Of a DNA stretch of 64,000 bases, positions 9,386 to 21,564 are shown in pieces; positions within the stretch are counted from its first letter, which is position 1, and each line of letters begins with the position of its first letter. Source of the DNA: an uncultured Chloroflexia bacterium. GTDB taxonomy: Bacteria; Chloroflexota; Limnocylindria; QHBO01. Below the pieces are notes generated by a model. The model saw only the letters and a program-made list of their open reading frames with translations. It searched no databases and had not been told where the DNA came from. A program made the translations under genes and the position numbers. The stretch is from positions 1,002,851-1,066,850 of the forward strand of contig CAWHAZ010000005.1 in the NCBI GenBank assembly GCA_963827475.1, read 5' to 3'.

Positions 9386-12300
9386 TCACGCTCCGGATGA
9401 TACCGACGGACCTGTCGGCTCGGGCCTCCGCTCCACGCTGAGCGCGCCGGTCACCTCCCGACGCAGCACCGCCTCGATCGCCTCATCCCAGCCGGTCGCC
9501 TGCGGCAGGCGAACCTGGCGGGTCGCGCCGGCCACGGGCACGGCCAGGACCACGGGCAGGGCTCCGGGGCGCTGCTTGACGATGGACGTCACCGACTCGA
9601 TCGCGTCGAGCAGGCTGTCGGCCGTCAGGTCCGCCCCGAACGAGATCCACAGCGAGCCCGCCGCGCCCTCGGCGACGGCGGGGATGGGGCGGGCGTCCGC
9701 CGGCGGCGGCGCCTCGTCCGCGTCCACTTCGGACAGGGCGGCATCGCCCGGCGCGGCCGGCGCAGCCGACGGCTCGACCCCGCGGGGACGCACGAGCGGG
9801 ACCACGGCGCTCGCCCGACGCCGCGGCAGTAGGCTGGGGCGGCGGCGGGCCGCCCTGAGCGGCACCGAACGGGCGTGGGCCGCCGCGGCCGCGGGTCAGG
9901 CGGTCTCGTTCGGCCGCGTACGCGGCCGGCCCGAGCCGCGCCGCGTCGTCCCAGGCGTGCACGACGTCGCACAGGAGCTTGGCCTCCTCGTCGCGGTGAT
10001 CGACGCGGCCGCTGACCAGGACCACGGCATCCTCGGCCCACGCGTTGGCGGTGTCGGCGAAGACCTTGGGGAAGACGACCACCTCCACGCTGCCCTGGAG
10101 GTCCTCCAGCTGAACGACGAGCATCGTCGACCCGGCGCGGGTGACCACGCGGCGGGCGCTCTGGATGATCCCGCCCAGGGTGACCCGCGACTGGTCCGAC
10201 TCCTCCGCCAGCTCCCCGGTGTAGGCGGTCACGTACTCGGGCAGCTGGTCGGCGATGTCGCCCAGGGGGTGCTCGGTCAGGTACAGGCCCAGCAGCTCCT
10301 TCTCCCAGCGCAGCCGCTCGCGACGGGAGATCTCGCCACGGGCGCCATCGGTCTGCAGCGTGCCGGCCGGGGCCGTTCCGGCCCCGTCGGCCGCCATCGG
10401 TACCGCGAACAGGTCGAACAGGGTGGACTGGCCGGCAGCGACGTCGCGGTGATGCCGGGCCGCGGCGTCGAGCGCGGAGTCCAGCCGGTCGAGCAGCGAG
10501 GTCATCGGTCCGAGCGACGTCAGGGCGTTCACCTTGATCAGCGACTCGAACACGCGCTTGTTGACCCGCTGCGGGTCCACGCGTCGGCACAGGTCGTCGA
10601 GCGAGGTGAAGGGGCCGCCGTCCTCCGCCGCCTCCCGCGCGGCGACGATGCTCTCCACCGCGCCCTCGCCGACGTTCTTCACCGCCGCCAGGCCGAAGCG
10701 GATGGCGCGCGTGTCGTCGGCATCGGTCTCCACCGCGAACAGGGCGTGGGAGGACTGGACGTCCGGCGGGCGGACCTCGATCCCCAGCCGCCGGCACTCG
10801 GCGACGACGGCGGCCACCTTCTCCGCGCGCTCCCGGAAGCCGTTGAGGACCGCGGTCATGAACTCCACCGGGTAGTTCGCCTTGAGGTACGCCGTCTGGT
10901 AGGCGATCAGCCCGTAGCAGGTGGCGTGGGCCTTGTTGAAGCCGTAGCGGGCGAACGGCTCGAAGGCGGCAAAGACCTGGTCCACGACGCCGGGCGGGAT
11001 GCCCTTCTTCTTCGCCCCGGCCTTGAACTTCGCCTCGTGCTCGCGGAGGACCTGGGCGTTCTTCTTCCGGATCGCGTAGCACAGGTTGTCGGCCTCGGGG
11101 CCGGTGTAGTCGGCCATCGCGATGGCCGCGGTCATGATGTCCTCCTGGTACACGAAGATCCCGTACGTCTCGCGCAGGGCGGGCTCCAGGGCGGGGTGCA
11201 GGTAGGTGACCGGCTCCTCGCCGTGCTTGCGGCGGATGTAGGCCGGGATGTTGGCCATCGGTCCGGGGCGGAAGAGGGCGACCATGGCCGCCAGGTCGCG
11301 GAGCTCGGTCGGGCGCAGGTCCTTCACGTAGCGGCGCATCCCCGACCCCTCGAGCTGGAAGATGCCGGTCGTCTCCCCGGTCGACAGCAGCTCGAAGGTC
11401 TTCGCGTCGTCCAGCGGCAGGTGGTCGACGTCGATCTCCACGCCCCGGTGGCGGCGGATGAGGTCGACCGCGTCGGCGAGGATGGTGAGGTTGATGAGCC
11501 CGAGGAAGTCGAACTTCAGCAGGCCGAGCTGCTCGCAGGCGTGCATCTCGAACTGGGTCATCGTCGTCTCGCCATCGGTCGCGCGCTGGAGGGGCATGAT
11601 CTCGGTCAGCGGCTCGCGGCTGATGACGATCCCCGCGGCGTGGGTCGACGCGTGGCGGGCGATCCCTTCCAGCTGGCGCGCGGTCCCGATCAGCTTTTCC
11701 ACGCGCTCGTCGGCGGCCATCTGCTCACGGAGCTGCGGTGACGTCTCGATCGCCCGCTCGAGGCTGATGTTCAGCTCGTTGGGCACGGCCTTGGCCACCC
11801 GGTCCGCCTCGGCATAGGTCAGGCCCATCGCCCGGCCCGTGTCCCGGATGGCGGCCTTCGCGCCCAGCGTCCCGAAGGTGATGATCTGCGCCACCCGGTC
11901 CGCGCCGTATTTGCGGGTGACGTAGTCGATGACCTCGTTCCGCCGGCTGTCCTGGAAGTCGATGTCGATGTCCGGCAGCGTCACCCGGTCCGGGTTGAGG
12001 AACCGCTCGAACGGCAGCCCGTAGGCCAGCGGGTCGACGGGCGTGATCCCGAGGGAGTAGGTCACGATGCTCCCCGGCGCCGATCCCCGGCAGGTGGTCA
12101 TGATCCCCTGCTCGCGGGCGAAGCGGGTGAAGTCGGCCACGATCAGGAAGTAGGCCGAGTACCCCATCCGGTCGATGATTCCCAGCTCGTACTCGAGCCG
12201 GTCGCGGATCGCCGGAGTGACGTCGCCGTACCGATCCGCCAGCCCGCGCTCACACTCGCGGCGGAGCCAGCTGGCGGCCGTGTCGCCCTCCGGTACCGGG

Positions 12301-13188
12301 AAGTCCGGCAGGCGAAGGCGGTCGAACTCGAGCTTGAGGTCGACCATCTCGGCCACCCGCAGGGTGTTGTCGAACGCCTCCGGCAGCTCCCCGTTGAACA
12401 GGCGCCGCATCTCGTCCGCCGGCTTGATCGCGAACTCGGTGGTGTCGAAGCGGAGGCGGTTCGGCGTCTGCAGGTTGGAGCCGGTCTGGATGCAGAGGAG
12501 CAGGTCGTGGGCCTCGGCCTGCTCTGGCCGGGTGTAGTGCGTGTCGTTGGTCGCCAGCAGCGGCAGGTCCAGGTCGCGGGCCAGGTCCACGAGCTTGGGG
12601 TGGAGCATCCGCTGCTCGGTCAGTCCGTGATCCTGGACCTCCACGAAGAAGTTCCCCGCGCCGAGGATGGACCGATAGTCGTCCGCCGCCTGGCGGGCGC
12701 CCTTTTCATCCCCCTCGCGCCAGCTTCTTCAGCACCTCTCCGCCGAGGCAGGCGGAGGTCCCGATCAGCCCCTCGGCGTGCTGGGCCAGCAGCTCCTTGT
12801 CGATCCGCGGCTTGTAGTAGTAACCGTCGAGATGCGCCTTCGTCACCAGGGCCAGCAGGTTGCGGTAGCCGGTCGCGTTGCGGGCCAGCAGGATGAGGTG
12901 ACTCGGGTTGGCGTCCAGCCGCGGGTCGCGCTCGGTGTGGCCCCGCGGGGCGACATAGGTCTCGACCCCGATGATGGGCTTGACCCCGGCATTCATGGCC
13001 GCCCGGTAGAAGGCGACCGCCCCGTACAGCGCCCCGTGGTCGGTGAGCCCGACCGCCGGCATGCCCAGCTCCGCGACCCGGGCCGTGAGCTCCGACAGCC
13101 GGGACATCCCGTCCAGCAGGCTGAACTCCGAGTGGACGTGGAGGTGGACGAACGAGTCGGAGGCCGGATTTTCGGGTCGCAGGGTCAC
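9386..13188 (-). CDS. dnaE: DNA polymerase III subunit alpha; apparent frameshifts near 12710 and 9830
   Basis: PHP motif HLHVHSEFSLLDG, RGSAPGS, PDIDIDF, YGFNKAH, OB fold. Confidence 0.96.
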
Positions 13189-13253
13189 CAGCCGATGGTA
13201 GTCGCCGGGTCAGGTCACCGCCGGGTCTGCTGACCAACACCGTGGAGCCCGAC

Positions 13254-13289
13254 TTGACAGGATGTCCATACAACCGTATGGTTGTATCA
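13254..13289 (+). promoter_or_regulatory. Sigma70 promoter with overlapping palindromic ArsR-type operator
   Basis: TTGACA (13254)-N17-TATGGT (13277); palindrome ATACAACC-GTAT-GGTTGTAT at 13268..13287; ATG at 13290 implies a leaderless mRNA. Confidence 0.85.
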
Positions 13290-13631
13290 ATGCAGATCGT
13301 TCCTCCCGACTTCGACCGCATGTTCGGCGCCCTGGGCGATGCCACGCGCCGGGACATCGTCCGTCGCGCGATCGACGGTGAGGAGGGCGTCGCCGAGCTG
13401 GCGGTCCACTACCCCATGAGCTTCGCCGCCGTGCAGAAGCACGTCGCGATCCTCGAGCGGGCCGGGCTCGTCACCAAGGAACGCATCGGACGACGCAAGG
13501 TCGTCCGCACCAACCTCGAGGGGCTGCTCCAGGCCCGTCGCCTGCTGGACCGATACGAGGAGCTGTGGCTCGGGCGGATCGACCGCATGACCGAGCTCGT
13601 CACCGAGAACCCGAAGGAGACCGACCGATGA
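13290..13631 (+). CDS. ArsR/SmtB family transcriptional regulator
   Basis: FGALGDATRRDI...AVQKHVAILERAGLV. Confidence 0.92.
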   Translation: MQIVPPDFDRMFGALGDATRRDIVRRAIDGEEGVAELAVHYPMSFAAVQKHVAILERAGLVTKERIGRRKVVRTNLEGLLQARRLLDRYEELWLGRIDRMTELVTENPKETDR

Positions 13632-14135
13632 CCGTCACCGCCGTCCGCAAGGACCTCGACGCCCTGACCATGACCCTCGATGCCGAGTTCGACGCCAGCC
13701 CGGAGCGGGTCTGGCAGCTGTGGGCCGATCCACGCCAGCTCGAGCGCTGGTGGGGCCCGCCCAACTACCCCGCCACCTTCACGACCCACGACCTGGCCCC
13801 CGGAAGCCACGTCGCGTACCACATGACCACGCCCGAGTGGCGACCAGCCCAGGGGCTACTGGGACATCGTCGAGGCAGATCCGCCGCATCGGCTCGTCTT
13901 GCGCGATGGCTTCGCCAACGACGACGGCATCGCCGAACACGGAGATGCCGGCGGGCGAGATGCAAGTGACGATCGAGGAGATCGGTGCCGGACGCACCCG
14001 GATGTCGATCGAGAGCCGCTTCCCGAGCACCGCGGTGATGGAGCAGCTGCTTGCCATGGGCAGGAGGAGGGCATGATCGATGCGGTTGGCCAGATCGACG
14101 CCATCCTGGCCGAGACCGCGATTCCCCAGGCCTGA
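13628..14135 (+). CDS. SRPBCC/AHSA1 domain protein; apparent frameshifts
   Basis: ASPERVWQLWADP...WWGP motif; typical partner of ArsR regulators. Confidence 0.85.
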
Positions 14136-14161
14136 CCCGGGGACCGAGAAGGAGTGCACGG

Positions 14162-15048
14162 ATGACCGCGACGACGACCGAACCGACGACCCACAGCCTG
14201 GACGTGTCCCGGGCGCCACCCTGACCTACGACATCCGGCGCAACGACACCAGCGCGGAGCCGATCCTGTTCCTGATCGGTTCACCGATGGGCGCCGCCGG
14301 CTTCGGCAGCCTGTTGAAGCATTTCCCCGACCGCACGATCGTGACCTACGACCCGCGCGGATCGGAGCGCAGCCCGAAGGACGACCCGACCACCGCGTCG
14401 ACGCCCGACCAGCATGCCGAGGACCTGCATCGGATCATCCAGGAACTGGGCGGCGGGCCGGTGGACCTCTTCGCCAGCAGCGGGGGCGCCACGAACGCCC
14501 TCGCGCTGGTCGCCGCCCATCCGGGCGACGTCGGAACCCTGGTCGCACACGAGCCGCCTGTGGCGACGGTCCTTCCCGACCGCGAAAACGCCCTCGCCGC
14601 GGCCCGCGCGATCCACGAGACGTACATGGCGAAGGGATGGGGTGCCGCGATGGCGCATTTCATCGCGGTCGTCAGCCACGAGGGTCCGTTCCCCGACGAC
14701 TACGCCGCGCAGCCTGCTCCGGATCCGGCGATGTTCGGGATGCCGACCGAGGATGACGGCACCCGGACCGACGTCCTGTTCGCCCAGAACATGATCTCCG
14801 GCAGCCACTACGAGCTCGATTTCGATGCCCTGCGCGCGGCTTCGACCCGAGTCGTCCTGGCCGCCGGCGTCGAGTCGGAGCGGGTGATGACCGGCCGCGA
14901 GGCGAAGGCCGTGGCGGAGCGGCTCGGGACCGAGCTCGTCGTCTTCCCCAGCGACCACGCCGGGTTCATGGGTGGCGAGTACGGCCAGACCGGCGACCCG
15001 GATGCCTTCGCGGCGAAGCTGCGCGAGGTGTTAGCCACCGCAACCTGA
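14162..15048 (+). CDS. Alpha/beta hydrolase; apparent frameshift near 14207
   Basis: YDPRG, ASSGGA, HEPP motifs; GGAG RBS before ATG 14162. Confidence 0.88.
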
Positions 15049-15068
15049 CCGCGCGGTAGGCTCCCGCC

Positions 15069-16145
15069 GTGCATCGGCTGACGAGGGAGCAGGCGCGGCG
15101 GGTGGCGTCCGGGCGCAGCTGCTCGACGCCGCGCGCCCGACGGACCTGGTCTCCATGGTGGACCGCCTGACGCTCCTCCAGCTGGATCCGACCGCGGCGA
15201 TCGCCCCGAGCGCGGACCTCGTTGCCTGGAGCCGCCTCGGCCCTTCGTACCGGCCCGAGTACCTCAAGCAGGCCCACGAGCAGGACCGGACGCTGTTCGA
15301 GCTCGACGCGGTCGTGCGCCCGATCCGCGACCTCGGCCTCCACCTGGCGGGCGCGTCCGAGCGGCCGCACTACGAGCATTCGCGCAACTGGCTGCGCGCC
15401 AACGACCGGTTTCGGCGCGACATCCTCAAGCGCCTGGCGTCAGGTCCGTTGCGGTCGCGCGACATCCCGGACACCTCGGTCGTGCCGTGGCCGTCGACCG
15501 GGTGGACGAACGACCGCAACGTCACCCAGATGCTGGAGTTCCTGATGGTGCGCGGCGAGGTCGCGATCACCGCCCGTGTCGGCCGGGAACGAATCTGGGA
15601 TCTCCCCGAGCGGGTCTACCCGCCCGATGTCGAGGTGCCGTCGGTGGAGGAGGCAACGCGTCGCCTGAACGTGCGGCGGCTCGGCGCGCTCGGCATCGCC
15701 CGGGCCAGGACGCGCGCGGTCTCGATGGAACCATACGAGGTGGGCGATGCCGGCGAGCCCGCCGTGGTCGAGGGCGTCAAGGGGGAGTGGCGGGTCGACC
15801 CCGCCGCGCTCGGTGACGATTTCGAGGGCCGGACGGCGCTCCTCTCCCCCTTCGACCGGCTCGTGCACGACCGCGTCCGCGCCCTCGAGCTGTTCGAGTT
15901 CGAGTACACGATCGAGATGTACAAGCCCGCGGCCGCGCGGCGCTGGGGCTACTACGCCCTGCCCATCCTCCACGGAGACCGGCTGGTCGGGAAGCTCGAC
16001 GCGGCCGCGGATCGCAAGGCATCGGTCCTGCGCATCAACGCGATCCACGAGGACGTGCCGTTCACTCGGGGCATGCGGGCGGCCGTGGAGGCCGAGATCG
16101 ACGAGCCTGGCCGCATGGCTCGGGCTCGCCGTCGAGGTGCCCTGA
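15069..16145 (+). CDS. YcaQ/AlkZ-like DNA glycosylase (winged-helix family); apparent frameshifts near both ends
   Basis: LQLDP, LLSPFDRL, RRWGYYALPIL motifs. Confidence 0.85.
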
Positions 16146-16148
16146 GGA

Positions 16149-16664
16149 CTACTCCTCGCGCCAGAGGTCGATCTGCGGGAGGCCGTGGATGCCGAGGGTC
16201 TGCGACAGCTCCCCGCAGTGATAGGCATCGTGGCTGAACATCCGCTGGAGGACCGATGTCCGCGTGTGCGTCGACACCACGCCGCCGTACTCGCGCGTGA
16301 ACGCCTCGGCGAGCATGTCCGGGGTCCATCGGTCCAGGCAGCCCTCGACGATGCGCCACGTCGACTCCAGGGCGGTCACGAGCTCGTCCGCCGAGCGCGG
16401 GACGCTCTCGTCATCCTCCCATCCCGGGCCCGTGCGGGATCCGGAAAGGGCGTGGTCTCCGCGCCGGGCTCGCCGAACACGCCGCAGAGCCAGTAGACCC
16501 GCATGCCCGCGGTGTGGCCCACCGTCGCCCAGATCGGCGGACGGTCGGGTGCGGGGCGGATCGCGAGCTGCTCCGGCGTCATCGGGCGCACGACCTCCAC
16601 CAGGCGCCGGTTGTACTGCGGCCAGTGGTCGTAGGACGAGCCGGATCGAGCCAGGCGCGGTCAC
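16149..16664 (-). CDS. DinB family protein; apparent frameshifts
   Basis: IWATVGH and HDAYHCGE metal-binding His motifs in adjacent frames. Confidence 0.8.
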   Translation of the reverse strand: MTAPGSIRLVLRPLAAVQPAPGGGRAPDDAGAARDPPRTRPSADLGDGGPHRGHAGLLALRRVRRARRGDHALSGSRTGPGWEDDESVPRSADELVTALESTWRIVEGCLDRWTPDMLAEAFTREYGGVVSTHTRTSVLQRMFSHDAYHCGELSQTLGIHGLPQIDLWREE

Positions 16665-16811
16665 GACCCGATGGTAGCGACCTCGGTGGGGTCCTGGTAC
16701 TCGCCGGCCGTCGCGCGCACCGCGGCGTCGAGGGGCTCGCACGCGGGCATGACCCGATGGTCCCTATGGGTCATGGCCCCGGGATGGCCCCGTCCGTAGC
16801 CTCACCGCAGC

Positions 16812-19568
16812 ATGACCGCGCGACCGGGGGTGTTGCGACCCGATCGGGCGACGGCTGCCCCTGTCCAGGAGGCAGCCGGCGCCCTTGAGCTGCCGCGCCT
16901 GGACCGGCTGAACCGCCGCGCGGTGTTGGGCCTCGGCATCGTCATCCTGTTCGCCGCCGCGGGTGCGATGGGCGCAGCGAGCGCGATCTCGTGGTGGAAC
17001 CAGGCGGGCATGACCATCGCCGCCGGCCTGATGATGCTCATCGTCGTCGAGGGCCGGCGCGCCGCATCCGCCGACGACCTGCCGTTCCGCCGCGTGGTCG
17101 TCGTGGGCGGGAGCCTGTGGTTCCTGATCCAGCTCCTCGTCTTCTTCGAGCAGGTCACCGGGACCGAGTTCGGCCCGATCATCGAGTACCCGCTGGTCAT
17201 CATCTTCGCCGGGGCCTGCGCCATGCTGTGGCGCGCCGCGGTCCGGGGCCGGCTGTCCGGGATCGAGGCATCGGCGGTGTACCTCGACTCGTCCATCGTC
17301 TTCGCCGCGGTCGCCGCCGGGGGTCTGCTCGCCCTCGGCGGATCGGTGCTCGACGGCGCGCAGACCGTCTACGCCCTGCTGTTCGCGGCCCTGTTCTTCG
17401 GCATGATCGGCGCGACGGCCGTCCTCAACCTGGCCCTCGCCCCGGTGCGCAGCGCCGGTGGGTGGGTGGCCGCCGTCGTCGGCCTGTTCATCGCGGGCAT
17501 CGGCCTGTCCGCGTGGCTCAGCGACCCAGCCGCACCCGGCTGGAGCGCCGGCCTGGCCGCCGCCTCGGTCGGGGCCATCGTGACCGGCTATGGCGGGGCC
17601 ACCTGGACCCGCGCCCCGGACCCGAGCGAGTCGTACCGCCGGAGCGCCAACCAGGTTCGCGAGGCGCTGCCACTCCTGGCCGCCGCCCTGTCCCCGCTGC
17701 TGTGGGTCCTGGGCGAGATCCTTCGCGACCAGATCCAGCGCGAGGTGAGCGCCGCCGTGGCGGGGTCCGTGGCGGCGGTGCTCATCCTGTGCGTGCTGCG
17801 CCAGACGATCCTCCTCCGGGAGCGGGACCGGGTCGTCGGCCTCGCGACATCCGCCGCCAACCGCGAGCGGGTCCTCCATGGCGAGCTGGAGTCCAGCGAG
17901 CGGCGGTTCCGGACCCTGGTCACGAACTCCACCGACGTGGTCCTGATCGTCGGCCGCGACGGCCGGATCGCGTACCAGAGCCCGTCCGTCGAGCGGGTGC
18001 TCGGCCACAGTCCGACCAGTCGTCTCGGCCACCCGGTCGGCGTGCTCGCCCATCCGCACGACGCGGAGTACTTCCGCACCTCGCTCTCCGAGCTCGGCGC
18101 CCAGCCGGGGGCCGAACGGACGCTCGAGCTGCGGACGCGACATGCCGACGGGTCGTGGCGAATCCTGGAGGCCACCGCCAAGAACCTGCTCGACGACCCG
18201 GCGGTGGCGGGCATCGTGATCAACTGCCGTGACGTCACCGAGCGGCGGGCACTCGAGGAGCAGCTCAAGCACGAAGCCCTGCACGACCCCCTGACCACGC
18301 TGGCCAACCGCGCCCTGTTCGTGGACCGCGTGGGCCACGCCCTCTCGCGGCGTGACAAGCCGGATGCCACGGGCGTCCTGTTCATGGACCTCGACGACTT
18401 CAAGACGATCAACGACTCCCTGGGCCACGCGGCCGGCGATGAGCTGCTGCAGGCCGTCGCCCAGCGCCTGCGCGGCAACCTCCGGCTGGAGGACACCGTC
18501 GCGCGGCTGGGCGGCGACGAGTTCGCGGTCCTGGTCGAGGACGCGGACATCGAGATGGTCGAGCACGTCGGCAGTCGCCTGTTGGGCGCCCTGCGGGCCC
18601 CGTTCGAGATCGCCGGCAAGCAGGTCCACATCGGCGCCAGCGCGGGCGCGGCCATGAGCAGCGCCGACAACCGCGAGGCGGAGGTCCTCCTCCGCAACGC
18701 CGACGTGGCGATGTACACCGCCAAGTCCCGCGGGAAGGGCCGGCTCGAGGTGTTCGAGGCCAGCATGCACGCCGCGGCGGTCACCCGCCTCGAGCTCAAG
18801 GCGGACCTCGAGCGCGCCCTCGAGCGGGGCGAGATGCGCGTCCGCTACCAGCCCATCTTCCGCCTGTCGGACGGCGCGCTCGACGGCTTCGAGACGCTCG
18901 TCCGCTGGCGCCACCCGGATCGCGGCGAGGTGGGTCCCGGCGATTTCGTGCCCCTCGCGGAGGAGACGGGCCTGATCGTGCCCATCGGTCGCTGGGTGCT
19001 GGCCCAGGCGTGTCGCCAGGCGCAGGCATGGCGCATGGCCGGCAGCAACGGGATCAAGGTCAGCGTGAACCTCGCCGCCCGCCAGCTCCGCGACCCGGAG
19101 GTGGTGTTGATGGTCCAGGACGTGCTCGCGGAGACCGGCCTCGAGCCGGACGTCCTGACCCTGGAGCTGACCGAGTCGAGCATCATGCAGGACGACGAAG
19201 GGCGCCTCCAGGAGCTGCGCGGCCTCGGCATCCACCTCGGCCTGGACGACTTCGGCACCGGCTACTCGTCGTTGAGCTACCTCTCGAAGTTCCCGATCGA
19301 GACGCTGAAGATCGACCGGTCGTTCACCTCCCGTCTCGGCGGACCGGACGAGGAGACCGCGCTCGTGCGCTCGGTCATCCAGCTCGCCACCTCGATGGGG
19401 ATGGAGACGGTGGGCGAGGGCATCGAGCGGCCCGAGCAGCTGGAGCGCCTCCGCGAGCTGGGATGCACGTACGGGCAGGGCTTCCTGCTCGCGCGACCGA
19501 TGGACGCCATCCGGGCCACCACCCTGGCCACGACCGGGCAGCTGGACGCCACCGCCGCCGAGGCCTGA
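16812..19568 (+). CDS. Membrane PAS-GGDEF-EAL diguanylate cyclase/phosphodiesterase
   Basis: Multi-TM N-terminus, PAS, GGDEF, ETL (EAL variant), DDFGTGYSS. Confidence 0.95.
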   Translation: MTARPGVLRPDRATAAPVQEAAGALELPRLDRLNRRAVLGLGIVILFAAAGAMGAASAISWWNQAGMTIAAGLMMLIVVEGRRAASADDLPFRRVVVVGGSLWFLIQLLVFFEQVTGTEFGPIIEYPLVIIFAGACAMLWRAAVRGRLSGIEASAVYLDSSIVFAAVAAGGLLALGGSVLDGAQTVYALLFAALFFGMIGATAVLNLALAPVRSAGGWVAAVVGLFIAGIGLSAWLSDPAAPGWSAGLAAASVGAIVTGYGGATWTRAPDPSESYRRSANQVREALPLLAAALSPLLWVLGEILRDQIQREVSAAVAGSVAAVLILCVLRQTILLRERDRVVGLATSAANRERVLHGELESSERRFRTLVTNSTDVVLIVGRDGRIAYQSPSVERVLGHSPTSRLGHPVGVLAHPHDAEYFRTSLSELGAQPGAERTLELRTRHADGSWRILEATAKNLLDDPAVAGIVINCRDVTERRALEEQLKHEALHDPLTTLANRALFVDRVGHALSRRDKPDATGVLFMDLDDFKTINDSLGHAAGDELLQAVAQRLRGNLRLEDTVARLGGDEFAVLVEDADIEMVEHVGSRLLGALRAPFEIAGKQVHIGASAGAAMSSADNREAEVLLRNADVAMYTAKSRGKGRLEVFEASMHAAAVTRLELKADLERALERGEMRVRYQPIFRLSDGALDGFETLVRWRHPDRGEVGPGDFVPLAEETGLIVPIGRWVLAQACRQAQAWRMAGSNGIKVSVNLAARQLRDPEVVLMVQDVLAETGLEPDVLTLELTESSIMQDDEGRLQELRGLGIHLGLDDFGTGYSSLSYLSKFPIETLKIDRSFTSRLGGPDEETALVRSVIQLATSMGMETVGEGIERPEQLERLRELGCTYGQGFLLARPMDAIRATTLATTGQLDATAAEA

Positions 19569-19599
19569 TCGGCCCCAGGTCGCCGGGTACCATCCCGGC

Positions 19600-21562
19600 G
19601 TGCGCTACGACTACACCACCGCCAGCGTCGAATCGGTCCGCCAGGAGACCGATGCCGGCCTGGCCGATGCCGACGCGCTCGTCGACCAGGCACTGGGCGC
19701 GGACGAGGTCTCGTTCGCGGCACGGGTCGCACCGCTGGAGCTGGCCAATGCCCGCCTGACGGCGGCGTACGGTCGGGGCGCGATCCTGGGGCAGGCGCAC
19801 CCGGACTCCGCCGTCCGGGACGCCGGGTCGGAGGCCGAGGAGCGGATCACGAAGTGGCGGGCGGCGCTTCCCTTCCGCGAGGACCTCTACCACGCCGTCC
19901 GAGCCGTGGCCGATGCGCCGGAGGCGGAGTCGCTGACGCCGGAGCAGAAGCGCGTCCTGTTCCTGTGGATGCGTGACTTCCGCCGGGCCGGCCACGCCCT
20001 GGAGCCCGCGGCCCGCGCCGAGCTCGAGCAGCTCCGCGCTCGCCTGGTCGAGCTCGAGATCGCGTTCAACCGCAACGTCAACGAGTACGAGGACGCGATC
20101 GAGCTGACCCGGGACGAGCTGGAGGGGATGCCGGACGAGTTCGTGGAGCGGCTGTCACCGGGGAGCCGGGACGGGACGCTGCGGGTCAGCCTCGACTACC
20201 CCGAGGTGTACCCGTTCCTCGCCCAGTCCCCGAACCGCCCGGCCCGCGAGGCGCTGTTCCGCAAGCACTGGCGCCGGTGCGTGGACGCCAACCGACCGTT
20301 GATGGAGGAGGCGATCCGTCTGCGGCAGCGCGCCGCCGAGCTGCTCGGCCATCCGACCTGGGCGCACTACGCGATCGAGGTGAAGATGGCCGAGACGCCC
20401 GAGGCGGTGGCCGCGTTCTACGAGTCCCTCGTGCCCCGCCTCACGGCCGTCCGCGATCGCGAGCTCGACGTGCTGACCGAACGCTTCCGCGCCGACGGCC
20501 ACGAGGGCCTGCTCCAGGCCTGGGACTGGACCTACTACGACGAGCAGATGCGCCGGTCGGACTTCGGGGTCGACGCCAACCTCGTCGCCGAGTACCTGCC
20601 CATGGAGGCCAGCCTGGAGGGCATGTTCGCCCTGACCGGCGAGGTCCTGGGTCTTGACTTCCGGCGCGTGCCCGAGGCCCACGGGTGGCACCCATCGGTC
20701 GAGCTGTACGAGATCCTCGACCGCGCCTCCGGGGAACCGATCGCCTCGTTCTACGCGGACTGGTTCCCCCGCGAGGGCAAGTTCGGGCACGCGGCCGCGT
20801 TCCCGCTGGTCGTCGGCCATCGGCGCGCGGACGGCGACCTACGAGCAGCCGGTGAGCACCATCCTCGCCAACTTCACCCCGCCCGCCGGGGATCGGCCGT
20901 CACTCCTCCAGCACAACGAGCTGGAGACCCTGTTCCACGAGTTCGGCCACATCCTCCACATGTCCCTCACCCGGGCCGAGTACGCGCGGACGAGTGGCAG
21001 CGAGACGGAGATCGACTTCGTCGAGGCCCCGTCCCAGATCATGGAGCACTGGGCGTGGGACCCCGGCGTCCTGGGTCGCTTCGCGCGGCACTACCGGACC
21101 CGGGAGCCGATCCCCGCCGAGCTGGTCGACCAGATGATCGCGGCGCGGTACGTGAACATCGGTCTGAAGACGCTCGTCCAGGTGTTCTACGGTCAGCTCG
21201 ACCTCGGCCTCCACGATGGGCAGGCGGAGCCGGATCTCGACGAGGTCCTGCGAACGGCCCACGTTCACGTCGGCACGCCGTACCCGGAGGGCACGTTCCT
21301 CCTGTCCGGCTTCGCCCATCCGATGGGCGGCTACGACGCGGGCTACTACGGCTACCTGTGGTCGGAGGTCATCGGCGACGACCTGTTCGGGCGGTTCACG
21401 GCCGAGGGCGTGACGTCCCCGGCCGTCGGCGCCGACTACCGGCGCGAGATCCTCGAGCCGAACGGCAGCCGGCCCGCGGCGGAGCTGGTGCGCGCCTTCC
21501 TCGGTCGGGACCCGACGCCCGATACGTGGCTTCGGCTGCGCGGGATGGCCCAGGAGGGCTAG
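19600..21562 (+). CDS. M3 family metallopeptidase (thimet oligopeptidase-like); apparent frameshift near 20835
   Basis: PREGK, FHEFGH (HExxH), DFVEAPSQ, GYYGYLWS. Confidence 0.92.
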
Positions 21563-21564
21563 GC

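Noticed and set aside
9386-13188. Intein or naturally split dnaE
   Set aside because: No intein motifs at the breaks; the frames rejoin with single-base corrections
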